This document shows positions 1-13,713 of a stretch of DNA of 64,000 nt, piece by piece (position 1 is the stretch's first letter; each line of letters opens with the position of its first letter). The notes below the pieces were generated by a model, which ran no database searches, was not told the origin of the DNA, and was given only the letters and a program-made list of their open reading frames with translations. The stretch lies in NCBI RefSeq assembly GCF_009914755.1, contig NC_060940.1. The stretch is one strand, 5' to 3'. Source of the DNA: the human T2T-CHM13v2.0 reference genome, Homo sapiens. Position numbers and translations under genes: made by a program.

Positions 1-518
1 ATGCATACATATTCAGCACTTTTGGGGGAAAAGATATACATATTTATGAGAGGAGTCAAGAACATGTGCAATGGGTAAACATATATGTAACAAATATCCC
101 ATATTCACTGCGTGGCAGGGTTTTAACATTAAAATGAGGTAGAATGTGGTTCTTCACATCAAAAGATGACCTGTAGGACACAAAGTTTGTGTGTCGGCTC
201 TTTAAGCTGCCTGAAACTGGCTCAAGGTCTGTAGTTGCTTTTCAGAAAAAGAAAAAAAAAAGTTTGTAAGGCTGGTCCTTTGTCCAGTAAGAGTTGTAGT
301 GGTTTAGGTTGTAAATCTGAGTTAGGATGGGTCTGATGATGTGCCTGATAGGTCCTATTAGGGATTTTAGCAATAGTGTGGTTTTCTTATAGCCATAGGA
401 ATTTAGGAAGATGCCACGCCAGCTGAGTCCTGAACACAAGTAGCCAACTTTTGTTTTCTTAACCTGAGGATCCATCTTAGTCCATATAGGGGTATCTATT
501 TTGGTCTCTCAGATCACA
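1..518 (-). mobile_element. ERV1 (MER4-group) LTR, runs off window start
   Basis: Minus strand begins TGTGATCTGAGAGACCAAAATAGA (LTR-type TG terminus at 518); subfamily not determined. Confidence 0.6.
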
Positions 519-595
519 AATCTCAAAGTCATATTGATAGGCTTTACCTCCCCAAGCCTGCCTATATCACTAGTAGCCTGTGATATTGTGAAATA

Positions 596-946
596 CAGCC
601 ATCCCTTGGTGTCCCTGGGGGCTTAGTTCCAGGACCCCCTGCAGATACGAAAATCCATGAATGCTCAAGTCTCATATACAATGCTATAGTATTTGCATAT
701 AAGCTATGCACATCCTCCTGTATATTTTAAATCATCTCTAGATTACTTATAATAACTAACATGATGTAAATACTATGTAAATATTTGTTATACTGTATTA
801 TTTAGGAATTAATGACCAAAAAAAGTCCATACATGTAGTACATGTTCAGTACAGATGCAACCATCCTTTTTTTTTCCTCAAATACTTTCGGTCCAAAATC
901 GGTTGAATCCACAGATATGGAACCCATAGATACTGAGGGCTGACTG
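596..946 (+). mobile_element. MER2 (TcMar-Tigger MITE) nested in MER21
   Basis: TIRs CAGCCATCCCTTGGTGTCC ... GATACTGAGGGCTGACTG; flanked by TA (594-595) and CA (mutated TA, 947-948); ~350 bp. Confidence 0.85.
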
Positions 947-1412
947 CATATATTTTGGATTTGATCCGCAGTTCCTGGCTCAGAGGTCCTAAAACCTCTG
1001 TAACTCTTAAGTGACTACACCAATAGAAGTATCCTTTGTTAGAATATTTGGCCTTTTGTCCTGGATTGTAGAACAGCTCTGGAGTGATAAAGGAAAGAGG
1101 AGTGTCTTTTGTTATCCCTGACAAAACCAATGATGTTGTTAAAAGACTGGAACTTTCAACCCTACCTCCACCTCCAGGGAGAAAAGAAGGACTGAAAGGC
1201 GAGTTGATCACCAGTGGCCAATGATTTAATCAATCATGTCCGTGAAATGAAGCCTCCAGCAACCCAGAGGACTGGGTGTAGTGAGCTTCCAGGCCAGGGA
1301 ATATGGTTGTATCCCCTCTGGGACAGAAGCTCTCGTACTCATGATTCATCCAGACCTCACCCTATGTATGTATTGATCTCGCTGTTCATTTGTAGCCTTT
1401 AAAATAGCCTTC

Positions 1413-1491
1413 TGGACCAATTAGTAATTGGTGAATAAATTATCTATTTTATCCTTGAAAATCAAGCTGCGTCATGACTTCAGATATTTGG
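1413..1491 (+). repeat. 79-bp direct copy of 7143-7221
   Basis: TGGACCAATTAGTAATTGGTG...CAGATATTTGG; 2 mismatches by direct comparison. Confidence 0.95.
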
Positions 1492-1564
1492 TAATATACG
1501 GGTAGATATAAGTAAAGTACTGGTAATATATGAGTAGACATAAGTAAAGTATTTCCCCGAACTC

Positions 1565-1853
1565 TAGTAAACATAGTAAGGGAAGCCTTCTAACTAGAGT
1601 TTACCAAATTTAAATATATACACAATTGGAGATTTTATTATGTATTACACGTAGACATAAATTTTTTTTCTTTTCATTTAAAATTATGCAACCTAATTTC
1701 AGGCCAAGAATTAGAAGATCCGGAAATCATAATATAATAAATGAATCTTAAGAATTAATTTAGCTGTCCATTTATGTTAGCATTAAAAGAGTTTGAGAAA
1801 TTTAGAAGCAATATCATCTGGATATTGAGAAATAGAGCGATATCAGATGTGAT
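1565..1853 (-). repeat. Inverted copy of 6251-7063 lacking the Alu/L1 at 6387-6931
   Basis: AAACATAGTAAGGGAAGCCTTCT is the reverse complement of 7037-7059; AATCTTAAGAATTAATTTAGCTGTCCAT matches the reverse complement near 6329-6356; ends ATCAGATGTGAT matching 6251-6262. Confidence 0.92.
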
Positions 1854-2537
1854 ATCTAGTAAAGTGTTTACTAAAGTTTTTTGAGGCACTCTAGTAAATT
1901 AGTTGAATTCCAGTAGGGGTGGTGGGATCTCTGATTTATAGCCAGTTGGTCAGAAGCACCGGTCATAATCTGAGGGTAGTGATTGGCATCTGAAGTGGGG
2001 AGAAGTCTTGTGGGACTGAGCCCTCAACTTGTGAAATCTGATGCTATCTTCAGGTAGATACTGTCAGAATTGAATTAAATTATAGGACACCCCACTGGTG
2101 TATGCTGCCAGAGAATTGCTTGGTGTGCTGGAAACACACACACACACACAGACACACACACACACACACACATGGTCATAGAAGCATTCTGTGCTGTGTG
2201 GTATGTGTGAGTAGAGAGAGGACAATTTGCTTTTTCCTGTATTTGAATGGGCCATACACAAAGACCTACAATGATTTATATTCTAGGACTTTCTGACCAA
2301 AACTACTGCAAAGATAAATAGGATTGGACCAAGTCAAGGATTCCTCCATCATGCTCTTTGTAGTTCTTCTGCAGTTCTTAATGTCTGGAACATTCTCATT
2401 GCCCATCACATTCCCTAATCTAATGCTGAATTCACAGATCTCATTAAACTTTTTTACAGGTTTTTAAAATGTGACATTCTTCTCTGAACACCTATAGTAC
2501 TTTAATATCTTCATTTTTTTTAGGAGAGCGGAATTTA

Positions 2538-3198
<661 letters not shown>

Positions 3199-3200
3199 AT

Positions 3201-3536
3201 ATCATTTGCAGTAACATGGATGCTGCTGGAAGCCATTATGCTAAGTGAATTAATGCAGGAATAGAAAACCAAATACTGCATGTTCTCATGTATAAGTGGA
3301 AGCTAAACATTGGGTACACATGGACATAAAGATGGGAGTGACACACACTGGGGACTAATAGAGGCAGGAAGGGTGGAGGGGGCAAGGTTTGAAAAACTAC
3401 CTATTGGGTACTATGCTCACTACCTGGGTGAAAAGATCATTTATAGCCCAATCCTCAGCATCACACAATATACCTAACAAAGCTGCACACATACCCTGAG
3501 TCTAAAAAAAAAGTCGAAATTAAAAAAAAAAAAAAG
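3201..3536 (+). mobile_element. Older L1PA (L1PA15-17-like) 3' end
   Basis: GAAAAACTACCTATTGGGTACTATGCTCACTACCTGGGTG 3' UTR motif followed by an A tail. Confidence 0.85.
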
Positions 3537-3540
3537 AGTA

Positions 3541-3830
3541 TGCGCCTCTAATCCTAGCTATATGGGAGGCTGAGCGGGGAGGATCAGTTGAGGCCAGGGG
3601 TTTGAGACCAGCCTGGGCGACGTAGTGAGACTCTATCTCTACAAAAATTTAAAAATTGGGTGGCTGTGGTGGCGCTTGCCTGTGGTCCCAGGTACTCCGG
3701 AGGCTGAGGCGGGAGTCAGCCAGGAGTTCAAGGCTGCAGTGAGCCATAATTGCACTACTGCACTCCAGCCTGGGTGACAGGGCAAGACTCTGTCTCAAAA
3801 ATATATATATAAATAAGATAAATAAATAAA
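3541..3830 (+). mobile_element. AluJ, first ~20 nt missing
   Basis: J-type GGAGTTCAAGGCTGCAGTGAGCCATAATTG; A-rich tail. Confidence 0.9.
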
Positions 3831-3836
3831 ATTTAA

Positions 3837-3993
3837 TTTTTTTTTTTGAGACAGAGTCTCACTCTTTTGCCAGGCTGGAGTGCAGTGGCACAATCTCAGC
3901 TCACAGCAACTTCCACCTCCCAGTTCAAGCAATTCTCCCGCCTCAGCCTCCTGAGTAGCTGGGACCACAGGTGCGCACCACCATGCCCAGCTA

Positions 3994-3996
<3 letters not shown>
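3837..3996 (-). mobile_element. AluS right arm only (Sc-like)
   Basis: T-tail then GAGACAGAGTCTCACTCTTTTGCCAGGCTGG...CCCAGCTAATTT; stops at the middle linker. Confidence 0.9.
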
Positions 3997-4038
<42 letters not shown>

Positions 4039-4113
4039 TATATGTATAATATATATAAATATATAAATATATAATATAATAAATATATAATATATATAAT
4101 TATATATATATAA
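3997..4113. repeat. (TA)n/AT-only microsatellite, the degenerate L1 tail
   Basis: About 115 bp of almost pure A/T. Confidence 0.95.
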
Positions 4114-5356
<1,243 letters not shown>

Positions 5357-5608
5357 TCAGAAAGAGAAACATGCACAACTATAATTATAAGGTTTTAAAG
5401 AGAGATACTGAGACTCACCCATTTACTTTGTTATTTCCAACAGTTTTTAATCTTTGGTTGAATTAAAAATAAAAAGGCGCATGAACACAAACTACTAAAT
5501 GTTAACTTTTAAAATTCATATATTTGTTTGGAAGATCAAGGCAAGTTCTCTGCAAGGAACACTGGGATGCTGACAAGTTACATTGATCTATTATAATGAT
5601 CCTAGCTA

Positions 5609-5972
<364 letters not shown>

Positions 5973-6386
5973 TAAATTGAGAGATCTGGAACAATGGGAA
6001 CAGCACCACATCCTATATTACTTTCTTTTCCTCAGAAAATCTGCTACACATTGTGTATCTACTATGCATTTTCCCTTGGAAAATTGAGTTTTCCTCTCTC
6101 CTATTCATTCAACTCAATACAAATTTCCATGACTCAATCTAATTTATTACCCACCTCGTTTGGGTGAGCAAGAAAACTTTGGGAAAATTGTCTTTGCAAT
6201 AAATTATGAATATTAGCAAGATACCAACCACAGAATTAGATATAACCTGAATCACATCTGATATGTATTTCTTAATATCTAGATAATATTGCTTCTAAAT
6301 TTCTCAATTTTTTTTAATGCTACCATGAATGGACAGCTAAATTAATTCTTAAGATTTATTTATTATATTTGGATCTTCCAAATCTT

Positions 6387-6931
6387 TTTTTTTTTTTTTG
6401 AAATGGAATCTCACTTTGTTGCCCAGGCTGGAGTGCAGTGGCATGATCTCGGACCTCAGCTCACTACAACCTCCACCTCCCGGGTTCCAGCGATTCTCTT
6501 GCCTCAGCCCCTTGAGTAGCTGGGATGCTACCACGCCCATCTAATTTTTGTATTATATTTTATTATTATTATACTTTAAGTTTTAGGGTACATGTGCACA
6601 ATGTGCAGGTTAGTTACATATGTATATATGTGCCATGCTGGTGTGCTGCACCCATTAACTCGTCATCTAGCATTAGGTATATCTCCTAATGCTATCCCTC
6701 CCCCCTCCCCCCACCTCACAACAGTCCCCAGAGTGTGATGTTCCCCTTCCTGTGTCCATGTGTTCTCATTGTTCAATTCCCACCTATGAGTGAGAACATG
6801 CGGTGTTTGGTTTTTTAGACTGGGTTTCACCATGTTGGCCAGGCTGGTCTCTAACTTCTGACCTCAAATGATCCACCCATCTTGGCCTCCCAAAGTGCTG
6901 GGATTAGAGGCATGAGCCACTACGCCCGGCC
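6387..6931 (-). mobile_element. AluS split by an L1 insertion
   Basis: Right arm 6387-6552, left arm 6817-6931; degenerate TSD TTCCAAATCTT/TCCCAATTCTT. Confidence 0.92.
6553..6816 (-). mobile_element. Young L1PA (PA2/3-like) 3' end inside the Alu linker
   Basis: ATACTTTAAGTTTTAGGGTACATGTGCACA...CATCTAGCATTAGG...ACAGTCCCCAGAGTGTG. Confidence 0.95.
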
Positions 6932-7768
6932 TCCCAATTCTTGGTCTGAAATTACGTTTTATAATTTAAAATGAAAGGAAAAAATATTTTGTGTCAAAAT
7001 CCCCAATTGCCTATTTAAATTTTGTAAACCCTGGTAAGAAGGCTTCCCTTACTATGTTTTCTACATGGCTTCAGAGATCAGAATGTAGGCTCCAAGAGCA
7101 TGGTCTAGCAGGGCATATACAACGAGTTCTATATATTTTTTGTGGACCAATTAGTAATTGGTGAATAAATTATCTATTTTACCCTTGAAAATCAAGCTGC
7201 ATCATGACTTCAGATATTTGGGTACTTTTGGTACTTGAGACGGATTATAGGGAAGAAGGTTCTTTACTATGCCAAATTCATAACTTTAATAGTAGCCTTT
7301 CCTTCCTCCCACGAGCCAGAAACTCTGCAACTCTGTCACACACACAATGTTACTTCATCTCAAATCTTCCTGGGTTATTGATCAGTTTCTGCATGAGAAA
7401 TGGAGTTCCCGTAAGGAAAAATAACTCGCCCAATGTTACTCAGAAAGTTAACTGCAAGCATGATATTGAAACTGAAAGCTCTATCCACCTTAGCACACTA
7501 CCTCCATTCCAAGCTACAACAAGCTGTATTCTAGCCTATCTTACTCTCTAGAGTTATTCCTAATAATTCCCTTCCTCATGGCCACGTAGTGTTGTATCTC
7601 TCAGTCAATACTACTGTGCTAGAGTCTCCTTATACTTTATTCCATCAATATATTTTTTATTAGACACCTTCCTAAAGAGCTCTCAAATTCATCCACTCAT
7701 CTTTGCTTTAATTATAGCTGTCATCTTATTCCAAACTACCATTAATTTTATCCAGAAGAATGCAATGA

Positions 7769-7990
<222 letters not shown>

Positions 7991-8219
7991 TAACCCATCT
8001 GTGGATTCCCATTGCTCTGAAAAGAAAAAATATATATATTTACGAGACCTACAAGGCCACTGCAAGCTTCGTCCTGTCTAACCCTCAAATCTAACCTCAC
8101 ATCAGTTTGTACTTTGCTATTTGACTTAATTTTTTAAAGTATTTATTTCTTAATAATTCATATTACATAACATATTTGGGGGTATGTACCACTGACTTTA
8201 TATTCAACATGATTCCAAT

Positions 8220-8590
8220 GCTCAGGCCCTGGAATTAGTCTGAGTATAAATCCTACTTTGGCTTACCTGGTGTGGGGGTTTGTCATCTTCAATTCCTTCT
8301 TTTTCTTCAATTTTATTATTATAAAGTGGGTGCTAATCATAGTAACTATCTCATAAGGCATTTGTGAGAACTAAATAAAATAATATAGGAAAAATGATTA
8401 ATGCACTCAAGCACTGTATCTTTTATGTTTATTTAATTAATGTTCACCCCCTTCATGGAGTTGAGATTTTTAAGGTAAATGACAGCACACATTATGTCTG
8501 GTGTTCATTACCATGTATCACAAGTGCTTAGGATAGAGCTGACATAGTATCTTGATAAATGCTTATTAAATGAGAGAATAAATGACTGGA
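8220..8590 (+). mobile_element. Degenerate MIR followed by L2 3' end
   Basis: MIR core TATCTCATAAGG..TTGTGAGAACTAAATAA; L2 end ATAAATGCTTATTAAATGA. Confidence 0.6.
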
Positions 8591-9595
8591 TTTAAGTTTT
8601 ACAGCAAAACTGGTAAGATTGTCTGAGCTGAGCCCCTTCATCTGCCAAGTATATGCCTCGCATTTTTTGAAGACCCAGCGTGTAGCTTATTGCCTCTTTG
8701 AAATCTTTCTGTGTTCTCTGGGGTATTGAAGAACTCCTACTGAGATAACTCCACCTACCTTATGCAAAATTCTATAATTACCTTTGTAACACTTCGTATG
8801 TTAAATATTTTTACAGCTATTTCTCTTGAGATCAGAGTATTCAGGTCAAATGATGAATTAGAGAAAGTTTCTTCTCTCTAAAAATTTACAAAGTAGTCAG
8901 GGAAGACAACTGTTTATTAATTCATTCATCCAGTGAAGTAGTAGGGATACTATGGTGTTTATTGTACTGGAAGAAAAAAGAACAGAAAAATTAACAAGTA
9001 AGTGTAATGATGGAGATAGATAAGGGATAAGTGACTTGTATAAAGAATAACAGAAAAGGATTTTCTTTAGGTTAGAATAACTTTAATGAAGCAATGATAT
9101 TTAGCTGGAACTCATTGACAGGAATAAGGAGCCAGAGAGAGAAGTAAAGATATGATTGTGGTCTCAAAGCATAGCAAGAGACTGGCCCACTGAGGACACC
9201 TGATGCTTGCTGTCAGAATGAAAGAAGTAAGATATGGTGGGGACAGGGAGTAAGGCATAAAGAAAAGCAGCAAAGCATTTTTAGCATGATTTTAACTTTT
9301 CTCAATTTTCCCCAAAATCTAAAGGTAACTATTACTTAGTACTGAATTCAAATTTTTATCCTTCCATGAACATATTTTGAAATATATGTTGATGGAACAT
9401 ATATTTCAATATATGAATATTGAAATATTCATATGATATATGGATGATGAGTATTTGTCTCCCTGAACATCTGCATCACTTATTGGTAACACAATAACTT
9501 CGCAACTCTGGAACAAGAGATTCAGTGTGAATCAAAAATGTGTTTATTGTAGTTAACCCCTTAGTTTTGTGATTTCTTGTGAAAGTATTGCAACT

Positions 9596-9943
9596 GGCCA
9601 GGCACGGTGGCTCATGCCTGTAATCCCAGCGTTTTGGGAGGCCGACGGGGGGGTCAGATCACTTGAGATCAGGAGTTCGAGACCAGCCTGGGTAACATGG
9701 CGAAACCCCATCTCTACTAAAAATACAAAAAATTAGCTGAGTGTGGTGGCGTGCGCCTGTAATTCCAGCTACTCAGGAGGCTGAGGCACGAGAGTCGCTT
9801 GAACCCAGGAGGCAGAGGCTGCAGTGAGCTGAGATGGCAGCACTGCACTCCAGACTACAGCCTGGGCAACAGAGGGAGACTCCTTCTCAAAACAAACAAA
9901 CAAACAAACAAACAAACAAACAAAAAACCCACCAAAACCAAAA
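9596..9943 (+). mobile_element. AluS with (AAAC)n tail
   Basis: Full dimer; TSD core GTATTGCAACT on both sides. Confidence 0.95.
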
Positions 9944-10374
9944 ATGTATTGCAACTGTTGAAAGAGTTGATCCCATTTAAGTATTTTCTATTTGTAAGTT
10001 CAGAATATAAAAAGAGTTAACTAGACCAAGCCCCTGTCAACTTATTACTGCATGGCTCTCAGCTGCCTTTTATCACCACATTTTCCCTTCACCATGCTTG
10101 ATCAATTTGAAGATTGACACAGAACGTGTTTCGGTGATCTGCTTTAGCATCTTTACTTTATTTTGGTGTCAATCAATCCACCAACAGTTGGATCTCAAAA
10201 ATGACTGTTTAGTTTATTGAAATTATAATTTTTTAATTTCTTATCCATAGTCAGAGATTCCTCAAGACTTTTGGATTTTTTTCCTCTCTTCCAAAGACTA
10301 GTGCCACTATTTTAAATCCCGGCTTTTTCTTTTTTCTAGATAGCTAGGAATTAAACCGCAAGACGTTTTTTATT

Positions 10375-11000
10375 TTAATAATGAAAAGTTACATTTGGAT
10401 CAGTAGTCTAAATACTATGAAGATGCCAATTCTCTGAAAATTTATCTGCAGATCCTACCAGAATTTTCTTCATAGGTATCAATAAGCTCATCATAAAATT
10501 CATACAGGAAGGCAAAGAAACTCAAAGGGCCAAAACAAACTTGAAAAGAATATTGAAGCAGGAAAGGTCAAATAACTGATTTCAAGGCTTACTATAAAGT
10601 TACAGAAATTAAGCAGTATAGGATTGGCCAAATAATAAGTATATATAGACCCGTAGAATAGAATAAAGATCTGTAGAGATTAACACGTACAAATCTAGTC
10701 AACTGAATTTTGACAATAAAGAATCACATATTGCATGTTTTTTAATATTAAGTTCCAGAACAGGCAAATTTAATCTGTGGGGGAAAAATCAAAATAATGG
10801 TTTCTTCTGTAGCCATGGGAGTGATGATTGACTTGGAAGGAACATGAGAAACACTCTTAGACAATGTTAAGGTTCTATTTTTTGATAAGAGGTTGGGCTA
10901 CACAGGTGGATGCATGTCAAAATTCAGTAAATGTGTAATAACTGTAAATTTCATTGTATTTAAATTTTACAACAAATAAAAATAACTGTAAACTCAAAAA
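10375..11000 (+). mobile_element. Old L1M (L1MC/ME-like) fragments
   Basis: Decayed ORF2 (GATTTCAAGGCTTACTATAAAG) and L1M 3' UTR motifs. Confidence 0.7.
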
Positions 11001-12299
11001 GAGCAATATATTTTAAACAACTGTCAAAATTGTCTAAGATGAAAATTTGCAAGAACAAAGTATTGCTAAACACACAGGCAAAATTTACAATGATTTCTTG
11101 AAATAGAGACCTCCTTACTTAGATGTTATTGATATCTCTAATAGATTTTTTTTTCAGTTAGAAATTTCACAAAAAGAATGGGATGTGGAGAAAATATTGA
11201 AGCAGACCTCTAGAATATCAACAAAGAGATAAAAGGGATAGGAAATAGTCCTAGTGAAGAAAGATAAAAGGATCTTGGGTCATTTTGTGTAATTTTCAGA
11301 ACAGAAGTTGAGAAATTGCTTAATGGCCATCTTCCCCATTTATAAAGGTAATGTATTGTGTTCATAGAGACCCATGGAACTACTGGGAATTTCGAGTTCA
11401 TTTAATCCAGCCTCCTTTATTACAAGTGACCACACTGATGTCCAGGGAGCAGATATGACTTGCTGAAAATCTTGCAGCTCATTAATGGTTGAGCTTGGCT
11501 ACAGACTTTAGCATGATTGAGATTCCAGGTATCAAGCTAAAAGTGAGTACCGTGTCTGCAAATGTGAGAACTCAGGGAGGAAGTCTTAGAAAATGCTATT
11601 CTATTAATACAGACATATGCAGTCTACTGGTAGAATATTGTCCTCACAATGCTTCATTCATATATCTGTATTTCCAAAGTCCTTAATTGCTTCCTAACTG
11701 TCCTAAATAGATAATTCAAAGTTCCCATAAACCCACCTCCAGTTCTAGAGACAAGGGCTCTGATTGAAATAGGTGGGTTAATCATATCTTACTTGCCACA
11801 GTTTTTGGATCAGTTCATCCAAGCCTAAGCCAACTGCTACCATGGCTTCCTCTAGATATATTAGCTGATTTGAGTTGTGGTCCAATTACAAAGTCAGTCA
11901 ACATTTTGCCTTAGAATCTTAAACATATTGATCTCATTTTGGACACCATGGGACACAAACAAGAAATATAGGATTTCTACAGCCACTTTTCTTGAAATGA
12001 AGGTTCTTTGAACACTCAGTTGAAAACACTGAAGTAAACTGAGCCAAGAAAATTACAATTAAAAAAAAAGTAAGGATAAATAAATCATAACCTTGACCAA
12101 ATTATACCTAAACTCACTCTGGATATTTAAATTACATAATCCACTGAATTCTCTGTAATTTTTAATTGTCTTCCATGGGTTTTTTTTTTATATTTACAAC
12201 CAAAGATATTCCGACTAATATCAGCCAGAAGAAATATTTCTTTTAAAGAATAGATTACTGAGTTATTTATTTTTAACAACTTAATTACTAAAGTAGATA

Positions 12300-12530
12300 A
12301 AGAAATATTTATTGTAAAATGCTAAGCACTTTTCATACATTATTGTGTTTAATTCTGACAGCAGCCTCTTGAAGTAAGCAATACTGTTATCTTCATTTTA
12401 CAAATAGGAGAAATGTGGCAGGTAAAAAAGAATGCTTCCTATGGATCGTGCTTATGTTCACACAGCCAAAATGTGGCAGTGTTGGCATTCAGCCCAGATT
12501 AGTTTGATTCTAGGACCATGACTAAGCACC
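12300..12530 (-). mobile_element. MIR
   Basis: GCTAAGCACTTT...CATTTTACAAATAGGAGAAA core. Confidence 0.65.
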
Positions 12531-13354
12531 TCTGCGTAACACATGCATTGATTTGAGGTGTGTAGGATACAAAGCAGTTATTTATTGACTTACTGATATA
12601 TATAAGAGGCAGAAGACAGGGTCAACCCTTAAAGTCCCACGGAAGTCTTGGAGTCTACAAGTTTCTGGGACACCATCATTTCACAGAAGAAGAGGAGGGG
12701 AGGAGAGAGAAGGAAGCAAAGAAAACAAAACAACACTCTGTTTTTCCTATCTCCTTTGCTGGAAAGAAAGAAAGTTTTCCAGGCTTTAAAAGTACTGAGG
12801 ACATGGTGGAGACATACATGTCTACTTAGGCTTGTGTTGTTCCTCATGTCAGGCTGCCCCGCGTTTACTCCAACTTCATCTATTGTCATCTGCGCACTCG
12901 GGGATGCACTCTCCCATTGAGAAGCGCAGAGAGCTTCCGCTCCAGACACAGCTGTTTGGAGAACAAAATGCCTGCTCTTCCCATAATGCCTTGCCAACAG
13001 ATGGGACCTCATGAGGAATTCATGATGAAATCCAAAAATGTGACACCAAGGAAACATCTACCCATAGATGATTCACAGTAACAGAATGCCAGTAAATCAG
13101 TGCACCTTGCTTCCTGCGACTTCAACCATCTGAGACTTCTGTAGCTTCAAGACTGAGTCTTTAATGGCTGAGTATGGTCAAGCACAGGTGTTTCAGGAGT
13201 TTAATAACCATAACAAAAAAAATTACAAAGTTAACTGTTAACCACTATTTTAATTGAAAAAACATGTAAGGGTTACTTAAAATAAGGTAGAATTAGCACT
13301 GTTTTAATATTGGATTTTAATTTCCAACATTCTTCTTTAAATGTACTTCAATAA

Positions 13355-13713
<359 letters not shown>

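Larger units (their letters stand above)
579..2240 (+). mobile_element. MER21-family solo LTR, interrupted by MER2 and by locally templated insertions
   Basis: Start TGTGATATTGTGAAATA; MER21-like blocks GATTGGCATCTGAAGTGGGG, GGACTGAGCCCTCAAC, GTCAGAATTGAATT; (CA)n at ~2134-2172. Confidence 0.8.
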
